This document shows positions 12,373 to 25,200 of a stretch of 64,000 nt of DNA, piece by piece; the first letter of the stretch is position 1; every line of letters starts with the position of its first letter. Position numbers and translations under genes: made by a program. The stretch covers positions 1,674,001 to 1,738,000 of the forward strand of contig CP075495.1 in the NCBI GenBank assembly GCA_021613535.1, read 5' to 3'. Under the pieces are notes generated by a model. It did not search any database and had not been told where the DNA came from. It saw only the letters and a list, made by a program, of their open reading frames with translations. The stretch comes from Adineta vaga. Taxonomy: Eukaryota > Animalia > Rotifera.

Positions 12373-13032
12373 TTAGTATTTGACAACTCTGATCGGATAA
12401 CGAACAGATGAATTTGCATGTACATGTTGAAAAGGAATTCTAGATACGAATGCTGTATAAATAAAAATTGCTAAATATGCAATTGGAAAGAGAAACATAA
12501 GAATTGCCACTGCTAATTGACCTTTGAGAATTTGAATTTTAGTTGGAGCTGTTGAAAGTTGTTGATTATAAGGTGTTACTGCATTTGCATCTAAACCAAC
12601 CAATATACAAATAAAAATCGATGCAATTAAATGAGCAACTAATGTATATAATGAACAAAGAAACGAACAATCATAGACAATCACTAAGAAAGAAAGAAAG
12701 AAAAAAAGGAATGTGATTACTAAAGAATTGTTTCTTCAACACTTACCAAGAAAATACATGCATACAGTAGCAAGAAGAAAAGCGAGAGAACACCAAATAC
12801 CTGCTCCTGTTGATGCAGTATTAGAATATGTATTCGAATTATCTACTGCTAAACTTGCAATTTCTAGTATAATAATAATCAAAGTAAAAAGAAGCATTAA
12901 TGTCGCAAGAATAATTGTGATAGTATATGGCCATTGTCGACGCCAACGTTTTTCGTGTGATGTTAATCGTACTCGTTGAATAATAGGAGAATTACGTCGA
13001 ACATAAAATTGAGGTTGACGATATTGATACAT
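12373..13032 (-). CDS. Four-TM membrane protein (MS4A/CD20-like topology), 2 exons
   Basis: Four hydrophobic segments and a TGAGIWCSLAFLLA motif resembling MS4A TM2; intron at about 12687-12744. Confidence 0.6.
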
Positions 13033-13754
13033 GTCAAAAATGACTACGCAATTTTGCTTGAAGAAATCAAATATATCCGAGATTGATCTCACCTTGTTAT
13101 ACACAATCTATTAGAGAATTTACAAAGTATAGTAATAACAATTACATCAAGGTTTTTGTGATACAAACATAACCGGAAGGAATATTCATCTTTGATAATG
13201 AAGGTTTATAGAATGATTGATGGGATGATAAGAATTGTGACTAAAGAAATGTAATTAATTATTGATTTTAAAGATCTTAAAAGGAAATTTCATGTTTCAT
13301 TCATTAGTCGACTTTCTTTTGATTGTGTCTACATATTAACGACATCTATGATATCTTTCGAAATTAAAGACAAAATTCTTTTCTTTTTTCTAAAAATTCC
13401 AATTCCAAATCGAAATCGAAATCATTCTTTATTCCGAATGAAATTCATATTTGAATGAGTCTAGTGAAAGGTCATCATGGTTATATTCATATCCAATAGG
13501 AAATCTTTAACCTTAACTGTACTATTTTCTTCTTCTCTTCCTCTCACTTGTTTTCGTTCGTTCTTGTTTATTCCGTGCCTTATTTGAATTTCCTTCTTTT
13601 TTCTTCATTTTTTTCTTCATTATCTTGATTAAATCAATACAATAAATTCAACATTCAATTAGGTGAGATTTCTTTCTGTCGATCATAAAAAAACAAAAGT
13701 TGTCATTAACATTTTCTATTGATTTTTTGTTTTGTTTTGTTTAAGGGCAATGTG

Positions 13755-16457
13755 ATGAGTTCTTCGACATCGAGTCGATATCGTGAATCTGCTGCTGTGA
13801 CAGCACCAACCAAAGTTCATGAACAAAACAACACATCATTTGCTGAAGAACATGCACTTGATGCAATTGCAAAAGAAGTTTGTATTAGATTATGATCTAA
13901 TCATATTGATTTACTCTTTTTTTATCAAGGCCGAACTTCGTCTTCAACATCAACGTGAACAAAATCGTGAAGCACGACAATTCCGACATAAAGAATTGGA
14001 AAAGAATGCTCGAGATGTATGTAAAATTTTCATTTCTAATCTTTCTCTTTTCTCAATATTATATTTTTAATACGAAAACAAAAAAAGGATACTGTTGGAA
14101 CTAATTTGGAAATAAATAAAATCTATCCACAGGAGGAAGAAGAAGAAGAAGAAGAAGAGGAGGTGATCAATTTTTCTTGTAGTTATTTATTTATCTACTC
14201 AATGCTAATTCTTTACACGTAGAATTATATTAACTATTAGTTTAATATTAGTTTATTGATGAATTAATATATCTTGAATTTTTAGGATGATGGCGGAGAT
14301 TCAGCAACACCTATTACTCCATCAACATCTATTGGTGCTAGTCGGGTAAGAAATAGTTTCAATTTTATTTTTGGCTAAGATTATTCCTTTTTTTTTGTTC
14401 AATTTCTAGTCTCGTTTAATGAGTATCGATGGAACTGGTAATAATGCCATGGGACCAAGTACAAATTCCTTACTATTACAAAAATTTCTTAATGGTGATG
14501 TGGATCTTCGTTCAATTGAACAACGAGATTTACGAGTATGTTCTACTTTTTCCTTCGATAGTCTATGTAAACATTATTCTTTCTTTCTTTCTTTTTTTAT
14601 TTATTTAGCGTCTTTTAAGTGAACTTGAAACGAAATATAAAGCAGCTATGATTGCTAATTCTAGCATGTATAATGAAAAGCAAGCATTACGATATCAAGT
14701 TGATACATTCAAAGATATATTAGATGAACATTATGAAACATTAAATCAAGCTAAAAGACAGTTAAAAGAAAAAAGCAAAGTAAGTTATCAATGTATTTTG
14801 TGATATTTATTGTTCCTTGTTTTTATTTTTGTTTTCTTATCTAAGGATTTCGAACTTCAAAAACGTACATTATCAGATCTTCAACAAGAAAACAATCAAT
14901 TGAAAGAAATTCTAGCTAGTCGTGAAAAACTCATTCAAGTAAAATTATTTCAAATGATTTTTGTAGAATTCAAATTTAAATCTATGTAGGAATCCGGAAT
15001 GCAATTATTAACTGTTGATGAACCAAATGGTAAACATAGTGGTGAAGTTAAAATATCATCTGTTCTACCAACTGGTCTTGTTTCTCAAGAAACTCTCACA
15101 TTACTCAATTCACTTGGTAAAGGATCGATCGATGAAAAATTAAAACGAATTTTATATGAAAAACGTGAACAATTTGATCAAATTGTTAAATTAAAATCTG
15201 AATTAGAAGATGAAAAAGATCGTTTACATACATTAGAACGACAATTACCAAAACTTCATGATTCACAACATAATGCTAATAGTACACTTGATTCGGAACA
15301 ACAAAAACAATTATTAAAAGAAATTACTGATCTTAAAAATCGTTTACAACGTGTTGAAGCTGAAAATGGTTCATTACAACAAGAAGTAAAGATAAATTTT
15401 GTTTGAAAAGAAATCAATTACTTTCGATCTTCTAGAACAAACGATATGATGCTCAATTGAAACGACATAAACAACAAACTGATGATGCCGAACGTATCGA
15501 AGAAGATCTTAAACAAGAACGAAGACGATTACAACGCGAGGTAATATTTCTTTTTCTTTTGAACAATAGTTCTCGAGTTTTTCTCTCTAACAAAACTACA
15601 AAATCCTCTTCTTATTAGTATCGTGAAATGAAATCACGATACGATGATTCTCTTTTGGACAATCAACGTTTACAAGATCGAATTGATTCAATGGAATTTG
15701 TTCGACGAAATTATAATTCATCATCACGACAATTACTTAATTCAAGTGCTGGAGGAAATTCCTATCTTCCTCCGGCATCATCTCGATCGGGACGTGGACC
15801 TTCAGTTTCTCGATATACATCAGTTGAACGTGAAACAGATTCATCTCTTACTCCATCATATCGATCGCGTGAACCATCTGTAGCTCGACGAGCTTCCCGA
15901 GATTATTCAAGTGATCGTTGGTCATCACGACGTGATTCAACGACAAGTGCACCTTATAATGATCATGAGTTTTCATCAAGTAATACACGTCGACCAGATC
16001 GTTGGTCTACGGCTACCACTCCCAATATGAGTTCATCTAGTTATAATTTCTCATCACTCCCAGGTAGAATCGATCCTCGCATGGAGTGTGGATCGCATGA
16101 TAATGCGTGTGTTTTGTTTTTCTTTCTTTGGTTTGAACATCCGCATGTTTGAATGTGTTTGAAAATTGAATATCTTCGATAATAATAATAATCATAATCA
16201 TAATTTTGTTTTTGCTTTTTCTTTTCTAGCTTCGCGTCGCCCGTGAAGAATTGGAAAGCGAACGAACACGTAGTGATGTTTTACAACGTGAAAATGAACG
16301 TTTACGAACATCACGTAAAAAAACTTTGCTCAATAATCCTGATGACAATCTTATTTCATCGACAACAGTTTCACGATCTAATACAAGTTCACCACTACCA
16401 TCCTATATATCTATCAATGATCTGCAATTTAATCCTTCAATACAAGATCCCTTTTAA
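13755..16457 (+). CDS. LRRFIP2: Leucine-rich repeat flightless-interacting protein (LRRFIP family), multi-exon, probably alternatively spliced
   Basis: EEHALDAIAKE|AELRLQHQREQNREARQFRHKELEK and LSELETKYKAAMIANSSMYNEKQALRYQVDTFKD match LRRFIP coiled-coil motifs, as does the C-terminal AERIEEDLKQERRRLQRE|LRVAREELE. Confidence 0.85.
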
Positions 16458-17598
16458 ATCTCTTCTCTCTTCATTTGTTTGTTTGTTTGTTTTTTCTACA
16501 CCTTCAATTGCTTTTTTTTCTTCTGTCTCTCTATCTCAGTTGTGATGTCCTATAATCGATTTGTTATTATTTATTTTCTGCTGGTTAGCTATGCATTCGC
16601 TTCATTGTCGTATTTCTTACTTTGTTTCTTTTTTTTATTATTTCGTGTGAATATGTACCTGTTTCTTTTTCTTCTTTTCAATCATCAGTCCAATGTCTAT
16701 GCATACATGCAGAAACTGCTTCTCGCTATGTTCAGTGTTTTTTTCTTCTCGTTTCTTTTTTTCTCCTGTATTCGTTTTACTACTTATATGCTACACATAT
16801 CCTAGACATGCGTATGAATTTCAGTATTTTGAACTACGCGAGTAAAAATAACGAAATAAATCTCATCAATTGATCCGTTGATTTCAATGAAATAAGTTAT
16901 TTCAATAGATCATATCATCAACAAATAAATGGAATATTTTACATGTTTGTTTTTTTTATATTGAGAATCGAACATATTTGATTGTTATTAACATTGTAGT
17001 CTTATCTGATATAATAGAAGAGGTATGAATCTAACGACGGATTGGTATGCAAAAAAAAAAGAAAGATTGTGTTATTCTGTTTGATTAGTATCTATTTATG
17101 CGAGTTAATCAACCGAAATAATTGAGAGTAGAAACTTATGGATTAGTGATTATTATTAGACAAGAACAAATGAACATATAGAAAGATAATTGATGTAAAA
17201 CTTTCTTGTCATAGTCATGAATTATTAAATGTATATGATATCATTTGGCAATTACTTTTCGACTGACAGTTTGTCATTTGATCATCTATCAAATTCTTCA
17301 AAAATCAAAAAGATATATATGAAAAAAAATTGTTGACTATTAACAAGAATAGAAGCATATGGTGTTTTCCATACAACTACAAAACATCGAATAATAGTTC
17401 TCTTCTTCAACATGAGTTGTCATGACTTATTCTCTCTTTCGTGTCATTTATTTTAATAGATTTATTGACGAGCGTTTCCAAGAATAACAATCGCAAGGAT
17501 TAATATCGTTTGTAAACAAGAAAAAAAATCCTTCTTTTTCTCCTATGTTTTCTTTATGTTCAACAACATTTCAGACTAGAATATTTACGTTTGAATTC

Positions 17599-18542
17599 AT
17601 GGGTACTGGTTCATGTCGTCCTAAAGTTAAACACTATAATCAAAGTGTTCAAATGCCATCAATCGAATATTCTCCTACGCTTTCACCAGAACAACCATAT
17701 AAACCAATAATATCGTCTACAAATTCCGTTCAAAAAGGATTTAAAGTTAAAAGTAATACCGATCAATATGTATCCATTTGGGATCAAAATACTAAAGTAA
17801 ACTTTTGAATTACATATTGATTCTTCGAATTGAATTTCTTCTCTAGTTATCATCGATATTTCCTCAATCATTAAAATCTAGTTCGAATAAAATCGATCAT
17901 CATCAAAAAGAAACGATGAATACAACTTGGTCGAAAACTAACTCAACTAATTATGATTCTACTCGTATCGAATCACTTGTTAATACTCAAACACATTCAT
18001 CGATTAATCTTTCAACATCAGAAAAGATTGATGAATTAATCGGTAATCTTAATCGTATTCATACTCAACAGGATGACATTATTAAACGTCGTACTCAACA
18101 AATATCTTCCGAAACAGAATCTGTTCTTACTCATATCATCAATGAAACTCAACAAGAACAACAACGTCTATTATCTTATGCTAAAGAACAACAAACAAAA
18201 CAAGATGAACATTATCGACAATTATTACAAACGTATGTCTCTCAACTTGATGAAATAAAAGCAAGAGAATTATCCCAACTTCAAGATGAATTACAAGACT
18301 ATCGAGAACAAATCATGCGAGATTCACAAATGAAAATCATGTCTGTAAATGAACAAGCTAATGTAATTAAATCGAAAATTGTCAAAGAAGAACAACAAGA
18401 AGCATCAATGAAAATCGATACAATCAATGAACAATTACAAAATCTTATTACTGATAGTACATTTCAACAATTAGATAGTGAAATTATATCGAAAACAAAT
18501 ATAATCATTAATGCGAATGTTGGAGCGAAAGTTCGTGAATGA
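17599..18542 (+). CDS. Coiled-coil protein with a possible N-myristoylation start (MGTGSC); CAHS-like layout
   Basis: Exon 1 (17599-17796) splices in frame to exon 2 (17847-18542). Long Q/E-rich heptad helix ending in SKTNIIINANVG. Confidence 0.7.
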
Positions 18543-19040
18543 TCCTATTGATAAACAATGCTCACGACATAGACAGAAAAAACAAATCATCGTTTTCATA
18601 ATACAGGAAAGAACATTTCAATTCATCCATATACCATTCAATGTATTTTCATAACTAAACTGTTACATAGAGAAGACATGTTCAATTCTGAACGATTTTC
18701 CATATAATATCTCATCTGTTTCGATAGATGTCCTCCTAATCGTTCATGAAAATCTTGGAAAAAACTTGACAATAATTTTTTATCTTCTATTTCGATTAAT
18801 TGAACGTTTTGAAATTTATTTGACTAACTAAACTTGAAATTTTTCATTTGATTTGTTAACTATAGATTATTATTAAAGTCCATGCCTCTATCGAAATTCA
18901 ATTCGAAACTAGATGAATAATCTTTATGAAAAACCGTATTTATTTTTTCTTAAATACTTTTTTATTTACTTATCAATAAAATTTTTATTCAATTCATCTT
19001 TATGGAGGTCGTCTTATCGTTTGTCTAGTATGCCGTCTGA

Positions 19041-19057
19041 CCAATAGAAATCATTGG
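19041..19057. promoter_or_regulatory. Paired inverted CCAAT boxes upstream of the acidic-protein gene
   Basis: CCAAT at 19041-19045 and ATTGG at 19053-19057, about 220 bp upstream of the ATG at 19275. Confidence 0.4.
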
Positions 19058-19274
19058 AACGAAAAAGAAAAATCGCTCTTTGTTTGACGTATTTCTTCAT
19101 TCATTTTCGATTTAAAGACGCACTCGGTTACACATAACTTTTCTCTTTTTTTATTCTAAATATAATATTGATATCATATTCAATTCGATTCATTTCGTCA
19201 CAGTTTGTTATTTTCTTATTAATTTCATCGTTGTTTTTCTTCTAGATTAATCAATTAGATAATACAAGATAAAT

Positions 19275-19940
19275 ATGTCAACAGAAGCTGAACTTAAAGG
19301 CAAAAAAGTAAGATTAAATACTAAAGAAAAACTGTTGATTAATTAATATCTTTGTCTAGCGAACACATGATGAAGATGATGAATCAAATGGAGCTGCTGA
19401 AACAACAACTGGCCCAAAGAAGAAGGCAACACCAGTAAAAGCTGCCACATCAACAACAAAAAACCGATCAGCAAATGATGATGATGAATCACGTGGAGAT
19501 ACAAATGATGATGATTCAAATAGTGTTGATGCTAGAAAACGAAATGGTAAACCAAGTTCAACAGATGCTGGTGCCAGTGGTAAGAATCTTATTTTGTTTG
19601 TGCTTTTTGAATAATTTTGTAAATTACTATTGCAATTCTTCTAGGTGATCTAGATGAAAGTGGAGATTATGACGATGATGATGATGACAATTCTGAAGAA
19701 GATGGTAAGTTAAAATTTTAATTGATTAAAACGATTTTAATTTTGATTAAGATGTTAAAGAAGGCGAAGGTAGTGAAGGTGAAAGTGATGAAGGTAAGAG
19801 AAAAACTTGATGATTTGATATGTTTTATTTTTATTTTGTAAATAGCTGGTAGCGATGTTGGTGCCGGTGGTGACGATGATGAATCGAAAGATGTAGCTGA
19901 TGACGATGAAGACGAAGGTGATGAAGCTTCTCGAGAGTAG
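19275..19940 (+). CDS. Small, highly acidic intrinsically disordered protein (prothymosin/parathymosin-like composition); 5 exons, missed by the ORF track
   Basis: MSTEAELKGKK|RTHDEDDESNGAAETTTGPKKKATP...RKRNGK...|DLDESGDYDDDDDDNSEED|EEGEGSEGESDE|AGSDVGAGGDDDESKDVADDDEDEGDEASRE*, joined by canonical GT-AG introns. Confidence 0.8.
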
Positions 19941-20199
19941 AGAAAAGAAAATCTTCAAATCCGTATATACACGCACACACATATATACTGACTTATCTTT
20001 CTTCTTTCTCGTCAAATTTTTCGTTTTTTTTTTCGTTTTTTTTCTTGATGTATGACGTTCAACGTCTCTCTCTCGTTTCTATCTTTACTGATCTTTGACT
20101 GATGTAACATCAGCGAAATCAGTTTTGTGGTTGTTGGATAGACGTTTCCACTTTCTCTCTTTGTTCACTTGTGTTCGTCTACATCATTGTTGTGTAGTT

Positions 20200-20200
<1 letters not shown>

Positions 20201-20226
<26 letters not shown>
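20201..20226 (+). repeat. (CT)n microsatellite
   Basis: About 13 CT units downstream of the acidic-protein gene. Confidence 0.9.
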
Positions 20227-20231
<5 letters not shown>

Positions 20232-22296
20232 TGTCTCTCATCCAGCTGTGGTTATGTATGTGTTCTGTTCTTCGTGTATGTATGTCGTATTTTGAAACGA
20301 GGAAAAATTGTATTTCCATCTGTCTTGTTATCAAACAGCAAAGATACACGAAAAACCTGTGTCAATAAAAAAAATTCATTTTCTTGTAATTATCAATGAT
20401 TTTATTAAGCGAAAAGACAATTCTCATCGAAATAGTTAGGGAGAATGATAAGATTCTTGTCGATATATTTGTTTGTATTGCATTTCTTATCACATGAAGA
20501 ACGTATAGATTAAAATTTCTTGTTTGTTCGTTCGTTTTGTTTAGTTCAATGACATCATGTCGAACTCTATCAGCAGAAAGCTTGTACTCTAGATAAGTGC
20601 ATGTGTATAGACTTGTATCGAAAGATAATAATACCATTTGGGATTTGTTCATTAATCGTATTTGAATGAAGGTCAGTTATATCCCAATCGATTTCTTTTT
20701 TCCTCTTCTATCAATCAATTATGATGAAAATATAACTAATGTCGATCGATTTATTGTCGATCAATGATCAACAGTAATTAAAATCGTCGTCAACTCGTTT
20801 CGATGGAATTCTACTGAATTGTAATTAATAATTTAGTCGGGAATAGGAGACTTCATTTTCTCTAGAAAAAAAAGAGATTTCAATGAAGATATTTTCATAG
20901 AAAAAAAAGAAAGAAATCATGAGTCATCCATGCCGTTTAGTTTATTAGAGAAAGATGTATTCTTGTCTTGGTAAATATCGATAATTAAAAGCAAAAACTC
21001 TTTCTTTTCCGACGATGCGAAACAAACAACAACAACAATAATAATAATAATAGTAATAATATAATCTTTAGTGAAGAAGATTTATCTAGTTTGTTTCTCT
21101 TCCTGTTAGATTAGTAAACTAGAACAACGACATTATTCGTACTTACAAAGGAAAATCTCGTGAGTTATTTTTAATGACGATATTCATATGTACCTCAATG
21201 AAAAGATGTCTATTTGGTTTTGTCAAATTTTTCTCGTTGTCATTACAATATTTGCCTTGATCTCGACTGCTTTGCAATGTTATTTATTAGCACAATTAAC
21301 TTTCTCCTCTCCCATCTGTTCGCTTGGTGAATATAAAAGAGAATTATTCGATATCAAGCAGACCAAAGGTCGACGCCTCCTTCTCTTTTTTTTTCTCTCC
21401 CTGAACCTTCGATTAATTTCTCGCCTTTATCTCTCGCCTGAATAGATATATTTTATGCTATTGATATGTGACACAAAGATCAATTTATCTTTGTCTCGTT
21501 TTCTTTTTTTTAGGAAAAAGAGGCGGAAACGTCCGGCGGTTTTGTTCCGTTCATTTTCTAGCTGACTGCTTCAAAGTATTGTGATGCAATTATTCTTCAT
21601 CATTGCTATTTCTAGTATGAATTGATCCGCCTTCTCTTTCTTAATGACAAGCATCAAGCTCATCCTTATTGCTTTTCTTCCGCTGCCGGGAGCAACATTT
21701 ACTCACGTTTTTTTCATGCTTCTTTCTCGTTTTTTTTTGTGCTCTTATATCAGTTGAGTTTACAAATGGTTCAATGTTGCGCGACTAACATATGAAGGTC
21801 ATCTTCTCGTTAAGACATAAAATGTAATCATAGTTAGCTCTTGCTTTCTTGAACGAGTTTCCTAATACATTGAAAAGAATGCGTCACTTTTGATTTCTTG
21901 TATGTGCGTTTCTTTTTCCGTTGCTCTGGGCGTATGTCGACACAATAAGTGGCAATTATGTATACTAAAGAGATGTATGCTATATGTGTATAGAGAAAGA
22001 TGAGAATATAGTTGTGTATTGAACTGTTTCTTGCTTGTCGTCACTGTCGATTAGCCAGACTAGATAGCCTCTTCATCATCTTATTCTTATTCTTCTCCTG
22101 CTTCTTCTTCTTCTTCTTTTCCTCTATTCTCATTTTCTTGATGACAAAAGAAATCGGAAAGAACTAATCTAAAATAGCCTACCATTACTGTTAGTCTTCT
22201 ATCACTTATAATAAAAAGAACAATCATTTATCTTGTATTTTCCTTTTGCTAGTTATTTACTTTCTCTTTTGATTTAGTCGATTTTTCTTTTCAAAT

Positions 22297-25200
22297 ATGT
22301 CAGCAACAGAAAATTGGATTAAATTATATCGCTGGTGGCAAGAACATTTAAAATCACATTTTAATTCTTCTTCATCATCATCATCATCGACGAATAGAAT
22401 CGAACAATCTCATGAAAGTCGAAGATCATTATTACAACGTCGTTCATCACTCATGTCCTTTCGTTCTTCGAATCATCCAAAATTAATTAATCTAAAAAAA
22501 CGAGCATCATTTGGTGGAATTGAACAACATGAACATATTGGTAATGGAGGTTTTCGACATGTGCGTGATAGTATACGTCAAAGAAATTCTCGATCAACAG
22601 CAACAACACCTGCCAGCCAACACAAAAGGTTAGTTAATTAGATATCTTATGACAAGTGATAGTATCGTTCTTCTTTCATTGACAAACAAAAATATGTGAA
22701 GAATGAGATGATTTTCTTTTCTTTTTTCTGTCTCTGTTTCTCTCTCTCTCTCTTTCGCATACTCTAAGGTATCATTCCAAGTTTATATTTAGTTTCATAG
22801 AATTATTTTACTATCCGGATGTCCGTTTGAATCGGAAATAAGGTTTTTTTTCTATTTTGTATCTTCCTGTTCACTCATCTGGAGACCGGAAAACGGATAA
22901 ATGATTTGTTCTGTAGTAAACTCGCCTTCTATATTAACAAAATAAATCAATTAATCAAAGAAGCAGACGATTCGATATAAAACTTTTATCCTATCACTCT
23001 TTTCTTTCGAAGAATTATCTATGCGTAGTACATAAGAAAAAAAAAGAAAATTTCGAGATCTTTATTAACAGTTCTAATCGAAGAAAATCCATTGGTTCGT
23101 AGAAAATAACATCGTTATTTGCAATATTTTCTACTCTTAACAAAATCTAAGTGTCTAATAAGTAGCATTTGCTTTGTATTCTATCGATCATTTATAGTTG
23201 AAAAACAATATGTCAAGTTATTAGTTTTGAATAAAAGTATGTTATGTATTCATATTATAGAGATTTTCGATAAGACCATCTTTTTTTTATTCATTTAGAA
23301 GTAAATAGAGAATGTTATTATCAAGGTCATTTCCTAGTCTTATTTTGTTTAAGTAGTGATATTCCGTCAAGCTAGGTAAGGAAAACCTTGATGATTAGTC
23401 TAGCCGCATGACTTTTTCTCTCGATATGTTTATGCACATGTTTGAATGAATCTCGATCTCTATGTTTATTAAATGGCACACGTAGCTGTTTGTCTGAGGA
23501 ATTGTCTATATGGTGACGTAATCAGTGATTGAGAGTATCCATTGCCTTGATGTGATGATAGGAAAAAGAAAAGACAAGAAAACCTTGAATTATCGATAGA
23601 AGTTGACGTACACTTCATCTCAATAAAGTGATGATTGTCATGTCATTGTACGCATCGATGTTCACTAACGAAATCAGTAGTTAAGTTCATCATCGTCTTC
23701 TTCTTCTTAGTTTATTAATATTATTTCATAGAAAGACAAAGAAACATTTTTTTTTAAAAAAAGAATAAATGGAAACAAAGAGAACAAAAGAATTTTCCCT
23801 ATGGATATAATGCCTATTATGATAGTGCTATTAATATGAAACAATCTCCACATTGAACTTTTCCATATTGTTTTTTTGTCTGTATTAGAAAAAGTTCTTG
23901 CATTTTTTTTCTCTCTCTTCTTAAATATGACCTATGAGGAAAAAGAAAATGATTGAGCTCGAAGATATATTCATACGTATGTTTGTGTTTTGTCTGATAT
24001 ATAAACATTAGAAAAATGGCATAGAAGGGATAGTGAGATTGTCTGTATGGTGCTTTGTTATTTCTGTAGTTTCGTTTGTTGACATTCGCAACTACTAGTT
24101 GACTGACTGACTGATTGTATGACGTTGGACAGCGTTGACATTAAAAGAGATATTATACAAGTTTTATTGGAGAAAGCAAAAAAACAGAAAAATATTAGCT
24201 TGACTCTTTTTTTCAATATTATTGTTCTTCACTTTCTCTATTCTCTACTATTTCGATTGAAGTGGTCGATGAAACGGAAATCTTGTAATTAGATTTATCT
24301 CTGTATAACCATCAATAACAAAAAACAGTAACTATAATAGTAGTCGTAGTAGTAGTATTAGAAGCAGAAACAACATTGTTTTGAGTTTGCTAAGTAAGAA
24401 GAAGAAGAAAGACAAGATATCCAACAGTATAACGACATGTCATCGCTACTACAATTACATTGATAATGATTTATCAGATTTCTTTTCTTACTTCTTATAT
24501 ATGTAGATATTTTTTCACGAAGATACACAAACACATTAGAAAGATAGAAAAGCAAATCTGGTGAGTCCATCAGAATCGATTAGAGATTAATATTGACATC
24601 CTTACTCTTTCTTGCATGAATAATAACCCATATGAATTTGACGGACAAAATCATTTCTATTTGTATACAATGTATATTTACGTTGTTATTTCTTTCATCT
24701 CAATATGTTTTTCCATGAAAATAATATATAGAAATGTCTGTTTTTCATTCAACAATAATAGAAAAACTCTTTTTGAATTAATAAATGATGATTAAATTCT
24801 TATTTCTTTCGACAAAATAAAACAAAACAAAAAATGATTGTCACTATTAACTTGTTAGATGAGCATCATTGATAAACGAGTTTCTTTTTTCATAGCTCTC
24901 ATTTGACGTATGTCATATAGTTATTATTATCAAGGGAATGTATATTTAGATATTTTTTTTATGATTAGGATAATCATGTTCGACGATAGATTAAAATAGG
25001 CAAACTAGCTTAGTTTTTAATGATGTCGAACTACATATTCTTCCTTACTGATAAAAGATGAGACGAAGAAGAACACGTCTAAAGATTTGTATTTCCTTCT
25101 TTTACTTGTTATACTCCTCTCTTCAACTGGATTGTGTCTCTTTTTACTCAGAGAAACGCACTCGATCTCTTTTATTCCGGCACGACCGTTATTCCTGTCA

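Noticed and set aside
16479-16873. Phe-rich 'membrane protein' ORFs
   Set aside because: They lie in the T-rich 3' UTR of LRRFIP and are compositional artefacts.
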